Shown in pieces: positions 24,047 to 32,021 of a DNA stretch of 56,893 nt. The notes under the pieces are model-generated. The model worked only from the letters and a program-made list of their open reading frames with translations, was not told the origin of the DNA and did no database searches. Location of the stretch: positions 1 to 56,893 of the IMG/VR virus record IMGVR_UViG_3300032287_003360, one strand, 5' to 3'. The translations under genes were made by a program, and so were the position numbers. Every line of letters starts with the position of its first letter. Within the stretch, counting starts at the first letter, position 1. This DNA is from a virus. Lineage: Duplodnaviria > Caudoviricetes.

Positions 24047-25918
24047 ATGAAAACCATCGTGCTGGATTACGAGACCTACTATAGCAGCGAGTACTCTCTA
24101 CGCAAGATGACGCCGGTCGAGTACATTCTCGATCCGCGCTTTGAGGTTATCGGTTGCGCGGTCAAGGATGATGATTTCGCAAGGTGGTATGCTGACGATG
24201 AACTGCGCGAATATCTCAAGACGTTGCCTAAGAAGACAATTGTTGTAAGCCACAATGCGCTGTTTGACATGTGCATCCTTTCGTGGCGGTATAACTACCG
24301 TCCACACCTTATGGCCGACACGCTGGGTATGGCTCGCGCCTGGGTAGGACACAAGCTCAATTCTCTTTCGCTGGCGTCACTCGCTACCTACTATGGGGTA
24401 GGCGCGAAAGGCAACACAGTACGCTCGGTGGAAGGTATGAACCTTGCCGCCATCAAGCAGGCAGGCTTGTACAGCGAGTACGCACAGTACTCCTGTAACG
24501 ACGCTGATCTCTGCTACACCATATACCGCAAGATGATTACGGAGGGTTTTCCTGCCAGCGAGATTGCTGTCATGGACACCGTTCTCCGGTGTGCGACCCA
24601 ACCGCGCTTTGTTCTGGACCAGAACCTTCTTGCCGAGCACCTGCATAACACCGTGGCACGCAAGAGTGATTTGCTGGCGCGCTGCGGGTTGAGTTCCCGT
24701 GATGAACTCATGAGTAACGACAAGTTCGCAGAAGCACTTAGAAAACTTGGTGTAGAACCCCCAACAAAAATCTCTCCAACTACCGGTAAAGAGACATATG
24801 CTTTTGCTAAAACTGACTCTGCATTCATAGAGCTCGACGAACACGAGAATCCGGAAGTTCAGGCTCTGGTGGCGGCACGCTTGGGCGTCAAATCGACGCT
24901 GGAAGAAAGCCGCACGCAGCGCCTGATGACGATCGGAAATCTTACTTGGCCAGGTAACAAGCAGGGGCTTATGCCTATTCCGCTCAGGTTCTCGGGCGCC
25001 CATACACATCGTCTAAGTGGTGATTGGAAGCTGAATATGCAGAACCTCCCTCGCGGGGGCAATCTGCGTAAAGCCCTCAGAGCCCCGCCAGGGTACCGCG
25101 TAGTGACTGTAGATGCTGCACAGATTGAAGCGCGCATGGCTGGGTGGTTTGCTGGAGCCACCGCCCTGACGAGTGCCTTTGCCAACAAGGAAGACGTCTA
25201 TAGCTCATTCGCCTCCAAGGTGTTCGGACGGCCCATCAACAAGAAGGAACACCCGGTTGAGCGCTTCATTGGAAAGACTGCTGTGTTGGGACTTCAGTAT
25301 GGGCTGGGCTGGCCGAAGTTCCAGAAGACCGTGAAGATCCAGAGCAAAATCCAGCTAGGGCAGGAGATATCTCTTAGCGACGAAGAAGCCGCTAACGTCA
25401 TCAAGACCTACCGCACGCTATACTACCAGATCCCCGCCATGTGGAACCGGCTTACCACTCTGCTGCCTCGCATGACATCACCTGATCTTTTCGAGATGCA
25501 GTTCCCTGTAACATTCGAGCATGAGCGTATCAGGCTGCCTAGCGGGCTCTATCTGAACTACCATGATCTGGAAAACAGGGGTGGACAGTGGTGGTTTACT
25601 TTCGCAGGTAAGCCTAAGTATATTTACGGAGGTAAACTTCTGGAAAACATCACGCAGGCGCTGGCGCGCATTCATGTCATGGACGCGGCTGTTCGCGTGC
25701 GCAAGAGACTTAAATCCCTCGGACTCGCTGAAGAGGTCTTGGAACCTAACCTTGCGCTCCAGGCGCATGACGAGTTGGCCTACATTGCGCATGAAGAAAT
25801 CGAAGCCATGGTGCTCAGTATCGTACTCGAAGAGATGCGCCGCCCGCCCGCGTGGGGTACGGACATTCCGCTCGACGCTGAAGGCGGCTGCGGGGCGTCT
25901 TATGGGGACGCCAAGTAA
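24047..25918 (+). CDS. polA: Family A DNA polymerase with 3'-5' exonuclease
   Basis: ExoI DYET, ExoII HNALFD, NMQNLP, motif A DAAQIEAR, motif B KTAVLGLQYG, motif C HDE. Confidence 0.95.
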   Translation: MKTIVLDYETYYSSEYSLRKMTPVEYILDPRFEVIGCAVKDDDFARWYADDELREYLKTLPKKTIVVSHNALFDMCILSWRYNYRPHLMADTLGMARAWVGHKLNSLSLASLATYYGVGAKGNTVRSVEGMNLAAIKQAGLYSEYAQYSCNDADLCYTIYRKMITEGFPASEIAVMDTVLRCATQPRFVLDQNLLAEHLHNTVARKSDLLARCGLSSRDELMSNDKFAEALRKLGVEPPTKISPTTGKETYAFAKTDSAFIELDEHENPEVQALVAARLGVKSTLEESRTQRLMTIGNLTWPGNKQGLMPIPLRFSGAHTHRLSGDWKLNMQNLPRGGNLRKALRAPPGYRVVTVDAAQIEARMAGWFAGATALTSAFANKEDVYSSFASKVFGRPINKKEHPVERFIGKTAVLGLQYGLGWPKFQKTVKIQSKIQLGQEISLSDEEAANVIKTYRTLYYQIPAMWNRLTTLLPRMTSPDLFEMQFPVTFEHERIRLPSGLYLNYHDLENRGGQWWFTFAGKPKYIYGGKLLENITQALARIHVMDAAVRVRKRLKSLGLAEEVLEPNLALQAHDELAYIAHEEIEAMVLSIVLEEMRRPPAWGTDIPLDAEGGCGASYGDAK

Positions 25919-25963
25919 CTCCGAACGAGGTAAATAAATGCTCACTACCTGTTGATTATATAC

Positions 25964-25992
25964 TTGACAAGTTACGGGTAAGTTATTATATG
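25964..25992 (+). promoter_or_regulatory. Sigma70-type promoter of wHTH gene
   Basis: TTGACA-N17-TATATG; spacer contains GTTAC. Confidence 0.6.
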
Positions 25993-26019
25993 TGTAATTC
26001 GTTACTGAGAGATTTATAG

Positions 26020-26346
26020 ATGGACGCCACCACAGAAGATAAACCGATCGAGCTTGCTGACTTGCAGGTAAAGTTTCGGCTCTCGACCAGCATGGCCAAG
26101 GTCGTGATGCTATTGTTGAACAACAAGCGCGTCACTACGAACATGATCGAGTTTGATCACAAGATCGTAGTGGATGCTGGAGTCACAATTCATCACATTC
26201 GCCGCCGCCTTGAGGGCAGCGGTATTGTAGTTCGGTCTCAGCGCGACGTTGGGTACTGGATCGACGCGGATTCTAGGGTCAAGCTTTATCAGGCTCTCGG
26301 CATCGAAACACCTGTCGTTACTTCGCAGAGTAACCATAATGCATAG
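26020..26346 (+). CDS. Receiver-less OmpR/PhoB(CtrA)-type winged-helix protein
   Basis: VTIHHIRRRL...IVVRSQRDVGYWI matches the recognition helix and wing pattern. Confidence 0.65.
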   Translation: MDATTEDKPIELADLQVKFRLSTSMAKVVMLLLNNKRVTTNMIEFDHKIVVDAGVTIHHIRRRLEGSGIVVRSQRDVGYWIDADSRVKLYQALGIETPVVTSQSNHNA

Positions 26347-26800
26347 CAGTTCTCGTTGGGATCAAAGGTTTCTGGATCTTGCCGAGATGGTCGGTAAGTG
26401 GTCGAAAGACCCCAGCACGAAAGTCGGCGCGGTCATTGTTCGGCCCGATCGCACCGTTGCATCGTTGGGGTATAACGGGTTCCCGCGCGGGGTCGATGAC
26501 GTTTACTTGAGTCGTGAGCATAAATTACTGCGTACTGTTCACGCCGAGATGAACGCCATCCTCTCTGCGCGGGAGCCGCTTTGGGGCTACACAATATACG
26601 TGACACCTCTTTGCCCGTGTGCGAATTGCGCAGCAGCAATAATTCAAGCTGGTATTTTCAAGGTCGTGGCGCGTACCCCGCCCAAGATACGCCCGGAATG
26701 GAAAGCTTCGATGGACGCTGCCGCTGAGATGTTCCGGCAAACCGAAATGACCGTTGAAGTAAACGGACGTCCGTTTAATCCGCGCATGTTCGAGGAGTGA
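26339..26800 (+). CDS. dCMP deaminase
   Basis: SKDPSTKVGA, GYNG, HAE, PCANC. Confidence 0.92.
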   Translation: MHSSSRWDQRFLDLAEMVGKWSKDPSTKVGAVIVRPDRTVASLGYNGFPRGVDDVYLSREHKLLRTVHAEMNAILSAREPLWGYTIYVTPLCPCANCAAAIIQAGIFKVVARTPPKIRPEWKASMDAAAEMFRQTEMTVEVNGRPFNPRMFEE

Positions 26801-26803
26801 CTT

Positions 26804-27181
26804 ATGTCGAAAATAGAGGAAATCATCGACACAATTACTACGGACAACACTCATGGGCTTATGGTACCCCGTCGCCCTTATTCGGGTGGGTACCCGCATA
26901 TTCCGCCACAGAAGCACACGCCTGTCGTTGTCCCGCATTCAACTTCCCAGTGCGACGATACCATTTTTTCGGTTATGGGGCGGTTGGCAATGATAAGCAT
27001 GCGGCTGCGCAGGCCTAGCAGCTTAATACCGCAGGAGTTTGAGGACCTTCATACCGTTCTCTCCAAAGATAAAGTCTTTGTACTGATCGTCACCAAGGGA
27101 GAGCTCGTGTCGCTTGTGGATGATGCTTCGATGTTTCCTTCCGACACGCTGATCACTCAAATCCGCCTGCTTATGGATTAG
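26804..27181 (+). CDS. Hypothetical protein
   Basis: 125 aa, GAGGAG RBS. Confidence 0.7.
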   Translation: MSKIEEIIDTITTDNTHGLMVPRRPYSGGYPHIPPQKHTPVVVPHSTSQCDDTIFSVMGRLAMISMRLRRPSSLIPQEFEDLHTVLSKDKVFVLIVTKGELVSLVDDASMFPSDTLITQIRLLMD

Positions 27182-27184
27182 GTT

Positions 27185-27340
27185 ATGTATATCGTCGTGT
27201 CTTCAGCAAACGCTCGCTCTTTCTATCTTGCCAGACGCCTCATCGGTGGTACAGAGTATGTCGTCATTGCTACGTTTAATAGCTTGGCGACAGCGAAAGA
27301 TATCGCGGCTCAATTGAACAAGAAGGGTGAACAGCGTTGA
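27185..27340 (+). CDS. Small hypothetical protein (not in ORF track)
   Basis: MYIVVSSANARS..., 51 aa, fills the gap with a TTGA overlap. Confidence 0.55.
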   Translation: MYIVVSSANARSFYLARRLIGGTEYVVIATFNSLATAKDIAAQLNKKGEQR

Positions 27341-28023
27341 CAACCGTTGTTACTACGAGAAGTAAGCCTAAGGCGTTCGCCTGGAGCTATTCGAAGCTCA
27401 AGAACTTCGAGACGTGCCCCAAGCGCTACTACAACGTAGATGTGGCGAAGATCGTCAAGGAAGAGGAGAGCGAGCAGCTTCAGTATGGCAATGCCTTGCA
27501 CAAGGCGCTTGCTGACGCTATCTCGGGCAAGGCAGACCTTCCCAAGCCCTTTTCGGGCTTTCAGTCGTGGGTAGACAAGGTTACTCGCACCAGCGGACAG
27601 ATACTCGTCGAGCAGCAGCTTGCAATTCGTCAGGATCTTGGTCCTACTGAGTGGTTCGGCAAGGATGCTTGGTATCGCGGGATTGCCGACGTTATCAAGA
27701 TCGCTGGCCCTGTTGCTGTAGTGCTGGACTGGAAGACAGGCAAGATCTTGGAAGACGGAGTACAGCTCGCGCTAATGGCGCAGTGCGTGTTTGCCCACCA
27801 CCCGGCGATCAAAAAGATCAGGACTGAGTTTGTCTGGCTCAAAGAGGACGCCACCACGCGCGCTGATTTTGCCCGCGAGGATATGGTCAAGGTCTGGGCT
27901 GGGTTACTTCCCAGAGTAAAGCAGCTTGAAGACGCGCACACTGGTGCGATGTTCCCGCCTAAACCTGGTCACCTTTGTCGCAAATGGTGCCCTGTTACGA
28001 GTTGCCCGCACCATGAGATATAA
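27337..28023 (+). CDS. PD-(D/E)XK Cas4-like exonuclease
   Basis: WSYS, CP, GIAD...DWKTG, QL, C-terminal CxxC-C. Confidence 0.85.
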   Translation: MTTVVTTRSKPKAFAWSYSKLKNFETCPKRYYNVDVAKIVKEEESEQLQYGNALHKALADAISGKADLPKPFSGFQSWVDKVTRTSGQILVEQQLAIRQDLGPTEWFGKDAWYRGIADVIKIAGPVAVVLDWKTGKILEDGVQLALMAQCVFAHHPAIKKIRTEFVWLKEDATTRADFAREDMVKVWAGLLPRVKQLEDAHTGAMFPPKPGHLCRKWCPVTSCPHHEI

Positions 28024-28354
28024 AGTAGAGTGGGCGACATGTACAGTCATGTACAATCCAGATGCTAGTCATGGTGATATTCATTACGATATAGTTGAAG
28101 GCGCGATCATTATAACATCACCGTATGACTTCTACTATAAGGATAAGCTTGAGCACTATGTGTTTATCCCGCGTGAGCACTATAAAGCACTAACTGATTA
28201 CCGTGATTGGAGAAAATCAGATGACCCCGGAAGGGAAAATCAAGAAAAACATCTCACTCCACCTTCGCCAGCGCAAGGGCCTTTGGTACAACATGCCGGT
28301 ACCGGGTGGTTACGGAACGCCTACGCTCGACTACTTCGGCTGCTACAGGGGTAG
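28013..28354 (+). CDS. Hypothetical protein, AT-rich 5' part, overlaps next gene
   Basis: Only ORF covering 28024-28220. Confidence 0.4.
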   Translation: MRYKVEWATCTVMYNPDASHGDIHYDIVEGAIIITSPYDFYYKDKLEHYVFIPREHYKALTDYRDWRKSDDPGRENQEKHLTPPSPAQGPLVQHAGTGWLRNAYARLLRLLQG

Positions 28355-28514
28355 GTTTTTTGCCATTGAAGCTAAGGCTCCAGGCAAGAAACCCACTGAC
28401 CGCCAGCGGCTTCTCATTGAGCTGATCGCTGCTAGCGGGGGTAAAACCTTTGTGATCGACAGCGAGGACATTTCTGAATTGAAAGCATGGATTGAAGGGT
28501 TATCCGTCACATGA
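28221..28514 (+). CDS. VRR-NUC domain nuclease (resolvase-like)
   Basis: TPEGKIK, PTLD, AIEAKAPGKKPT..Q. Confidence 0.88.
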   Translation: MTPEGKIKKNISLHLRQRKGLWYNMPVPGGYGTPTLDYFGCYRGRFFAIEAKAPGKKPTDRQRLLIELIAASGGKTFVIDSEDISELKAWIEGLSVT

Positions 28515-30058
28515 TCCACATATCACAAAAACACCGTGTCATCGGTGTACCGTGGCGACCTGAGTTTGATCAGTTCTTCCCGGAAGCCAAGCGGGTTACT
28601 TTGGGAGGTAACAAGCTGGTGGTTGTTCCTCACGAGATGAACGTCACGCGTTACCTCCGAAACATCGGACTCGATGTTCCTGCCCCGATTATTGCCCACT
28701 ATGATTGGGCTGGCGGTAAACCGTTCGATATTCAGAAGAAGACCGCTGCGCTCTTAACCATGAACTCGCGGGCATATGTGCTCAACGGTATGGGCACTGG
28801 CAAGACCAAGGCTAGCCTGTGGTCGTGGCATTACCTTTATACGACAGGGGGAGCGGGAAAGCTCCTGGTGGTCGCTCCTCTGTCTACCCTCAACTTCACT
28901 TGGGCACGGGAGATATTTCAGACCCTGTCCGGCATCAAGGTACAAGTACTGCATGGCAGCAAACAAAAGAGGCTGGATAAGCTCGCTGATCAAGAAGCTG
29001 ACGTTTATATTGTCAATCACGACGGTCTTAATGTTATCGCTGGGGCTCTCGCGGACAGACCGGATATTGACTGCTGTATCCTTGATGAGTTGGCTGTCTA
29101 TCGGAATGGTGCTTCACAGCGCGCGAAGGTTACTCGACAAGTAACGAAGCGCATGAAGTGGTTGTGGGGCATGACTGGGTCACCAACGCCCAACGCCCCA
29201 ACAGACGCATGGGCGCAGTGTTCTATCATCACGCCCGGCAACGTCCCAAAATACTTCAATCGGTTCCGTGATGAGACGATGAACCGAGTCACACAGTTCA
29301 AGTACGCGCCGAAAGAAGGCGCGCTGGACCGGGTATTCGAGGTGATGCAGCCCGCTGTGCGGTTTACACTGGACGACGTGATGGAGTTACCTGAGCTCGT
29401 TGAGCGCACGATCGACATCGATATGGGACCGCGTCAGGCCAAGGTCTACAAGCAAATGGAAGAGCGTGCATACGCCATGGTAGCCTCTAACGAGATCACT
29501 GCCATGAACGCTGGCGCGGTTCTCATGAAGCTGCTTCAGATCAGTACCGGCTATGTCTACGCCAGGGACAAGTCAGTTGTATCGCTCGATAACGACGAGC
29601 GTCTGGAAGCACTGGTCGACGTGGTCAACTCGTCTGACCGGAAAGTGATTGTGTTTGTGCCCTTCGTGCATGCCCTTGGGAGCATCGCAGGGCGGCTTAC
29701 TTCGGAAGGTTACGATATCAGGACCGTATCAGGAGACACGCCCAAATCGGAAAGAGATCAGATATTCCAGCTTTTCCAGAATACCAGCGCCGTGAAAGTA
29801 ATCGTTGCGCATCCACAGTGCATGGCTCATGGCATTACGCTTACGGCTGCCGACACCATCATATGGTTCGCGCCAACTCCGAACCTTGAGATCTTCGAGC
29901 AAGCCAATGCTCGCATTCGCCGCGTAGGTCAGAAGCATCGACAGCAAGTGCTGATGTTTCAGGCTACCAAAGCGGAGAAAAAGATGTACGCGAAGCTCCG
30001 TGCGAAGCAGCGCGTTCAGAATGCCCTCCTCGAAATGTTTGAGGATGGATCAGAGTAA
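28511..30058 (+). CDS. SNF2-family helicase
   Basis: MGTGKT, ILDE, MTGSP, QANARIRRVGQ. Confidence 0.9.
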   Translation: MIHISQKHRVIGVPWRPEFDQFFPEAKRVTLGGNKLVVVPHEMNVTRYLRNIGLDVPAPIIAHYDWAGGKPFDIQKKTAALLTMNSRAYVLNGMGTGKTKASLWSWHYLYTTGGAGKLLVVAPLSTLNFTWAREIFQTLSGIKVQVLHGSKQKRLDKLADQEADVYIVNHDGLNVIAGALADRPDIDCCILDELAVYRNGASQRAKVTRQVTKRMKWLWGMTGSPTPNAPTDAWAQCSIITPGNVPKYFNRFRDETMNRVTQFKYAPKEGALDRVFEVMQPAVRFTLDDVMELPELVERTIDIDMGPRQAKVYKQMEERAYAMVASNEITAMNAGAVLMKLLQISTGYVYARDKSVVSLDNDERLEALVDVVNSSDRKVIVFVPFVHALGSIAGRLTSEGYDIRTVSGDTPKSERDQIFQLFQNTSAVKVIVAHPQCMAHGITLTAADTIIWFAPTPNLEIFEQANARIRRVGQKHRQQVLMFQATKAEKKMYAKLRAKQRVQNALLEMFEDGSE

Positions 30059-30148
30059 CTCGCACAAGTAACCACATAGTAATCTGAAGGAAATGGTTTC
30101 CCACCACGGAACCGCTTACTCTCAACAACCCACGGAGCACCCCACCAA

Positions 30149-30559
30149 ATGACTGTTCTTACTCAGGTCAAACTGCCTGACAACATCGACGACCTTGTCA
30201 ATCAGTACGTCCGCTTGCGCGACAAACTCAAGGAAGCTGACGACGCTCACAAAGCGAAGACCAAGTCCGCGCGTGCGTATCTCGATCTCCTCAACACCAA
30301 GCTGCTGGAGCGACTCAACGACGTCGGTGGCGAGAGCGTGAAGACCCCCCATGGTACAGTCTACCGTACTACACGGCGCTCTGCTACGATCGCCGACGGC
30401 GATGTTTTCCGCCAGTACGTCATTGCGAACGAGCAGTTCGATCTTGTCGACTGGCATGCCAATGCCACGGCTGTCGGTGATTTCATCACCGAGAACGGTG
30501 CCCAGCCCCCTGGCATCAATTTCTCTCAGGCGTTCACCGTTGGTGTTCGCCGGTCTTAA
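30149..30559 (+). CDS. Conserved replication-module protein
   Basis: 136 aa, coiled coil plus SVKTPHGTVY...PPG. Confidence 0.75.
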   Translation: MTVLTQVKLPDNIDDLVNQYVRLRDKLKEADDAHKAKTKSARAYLDLLNTKLLERLNDVGGESVKTPHGTVYRTTRRSATIADGDVFRQYVIANEQFDLVDWHANATAVGDFITENGAQPPGINFSQAFTVGVRRS

Positions 30560-30586
30560 ATCCCACAACTACTTCACGAGGTAATC

Positions 30587-30895
30587 ATGGAACCGAAACT
30601 GTCACTCAACGAAGCCAAAGCTGTCGTCGCCACCAAGACCGCTCCTCGCGTCACCGAGGAAAGCATCAAAGCGAAGATCGCTTCGGTCGGCTATCATCCG
30701 ATCCTGCCGCTCGGAACGCTCTGCGTCATCACTATGAAGAATGGCTGGATCGCTACTGGCTTCAGTGCTCCTGCCAGTGTCGAGAACTTCGACGCTGAGG
30801 TCGGTAAGCGCTACGCTTACGACAATGCTTTCAAGTCGCTCTGGCAGCTTGAAGGCTACCTGCTGCGCGAAACCCTCTCCAACAGCAACAAGTAA
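30587..30895 (+). CDS. Phage gp49/66-family protein
   Basis: APRVT...KNG...SAPASVENFD...LWQLEGYLL. Confidence 0.75.
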   Translation: MEPKLSLNEAKAVVATKTAPRVTEESIKAKIASVGYHPILPLGTLCVITMKNGWIATGFSAPASVENFDAEVGKRYAYDNAFKSLWQLEGYLLRETLSNSNK

Positions 30896-30912
30896 CTTCG
30901 AAAGGTAACATC

Positions 30913-31971
30913 ATGACATCCAACAATCTTGCACTTCCGAAAACTTTCGGCGCTGTCTCCAGCGTTTTTGCCGGTCAACACAGGGCGAACGATGAGCTCG
31001 GCGCTGGCATCATGTCGTCTTACGGCGTGATGGGATATCGCGGAAAGGTCTGGTCTACGAAGTATCAGGGCAAAGAGACACCACTGATGCGCCAGGACGG
31101 CGATGGCCCGCGCGGCTCGATTGAAGTGGTTCTCGTCAAGGCTGCATCGGCAATCTCCAAGATCTACTATGCCGACGGTTATCAGGACGGTGCCAACGCT
31201 GCTCCGGACTGCTGGTCTTCTGACGGCATCAAGCCTGATGCTTCTTGCCAGAAGAAGCAACACGCAACTTGCGCGGCCTGCCCTCGCAACGCCTGGGGGT
31301 CACGTGTAACCGAGTCTGGTAAACAGGGCAAGCAGTGCGCCGACTCCCGCCGCGTGGCAGTGGTTCCGCTTAACGACATCGCCAACGAGATGTTTGGTGG
31401 TCCGATGCTACTCCGGATCCCTGCTGCTTCACTCAAGGACCTCAAGGCTTACGGCGAGATGCTTAACTCGTATGGCTACCCATATTACTCTGTGGGGACA
31501 CGCATCTCGTTCGACCCCAAGGAAGCCTTCCCTAAGTTCGTTTTCTCGGCGATCCAGCCTCTGGATGACGAAACCGCGCTTCAGGTGCTTGAGCTGCGCA
31601 ACGATGAACGCATATCCCGTCTTCTCAATGAGGCGACCGAGCATGGGCAGCGCGCCCAGGGAGAGAGGCAGGAAGAGGAGCAGGGCAGTGTCCCCGCTTC
31701 CCCTTTCGAAGAGCCGCCGACGGGTCGTGTTTCGGGTGCATCTTCCGGCGCGGCATCGAAAGCCAACCCATCTGCGACGGCTGCTACGTCGACCGCCACG
31801 GCGACAACGGCTGCTTCTGCGAAGGCCCCTGCCAAGGCTTCTGCACCGAAGCCCTCGACTAAGTCAACGACAGCTACCGAATCCAAACCGGAAGTTACTT
31901 CGAGCGGTAACGAGGAAGAGGGTGGCTCCGTGCCTTCTTCTTTCGAAGACTTGCTCGAAAACATGCTCTGA
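30913..31971 (+). CDS. Putative ssDNA-binding/annealing protein
   Basis: PDCWS, CxxC, low-complexity linker, acidic C-terminal tail; synteny. Confidence 0.55.
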   Translation: MTSNNLALPKTFGAVSSVFAGQHRANDELGAGIMSSYGVMGYRGKVWSTKYQGKETPLMRQDGDGPRGSIEVVLVKAASAISKIYYADGYQDGANAAPDCWSSDGIKPDASCQKKQHATCAACPRNAWGSRVTESGKQGKQCADSRRVAVVPLNDIANEMFGGPMLLRIPAASLKDLKAYGEMLNSYGYPYYSVGTRISFDPKEAFPKFVFSAIQPLDDETALQVLELRNDERISRLLNEATEHGQRAQGERQEEEQGSVPASPFEEPPTGRVSGASSGAASKANPSATAATSTATATTAASAKAPAKASAPKPSTKSTTATESKPEVTSSGNEEEGGSVPSSFEDLLENML

Positions 31972-31978
31972 GTTTGGC

Positions 31979-32008
31979 GGGGGTGGGGTAACGCCCACCC
32001 CCATTTTT
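31979..32008 (+). terminator. Rho-independent terminator
   Basis: GGGGGTGGG-GTAACG-CCCACCCCC then ATTTTT. Confidence 0.6.
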
Positions 32009-32021
32009 GGGAGCATACGTT

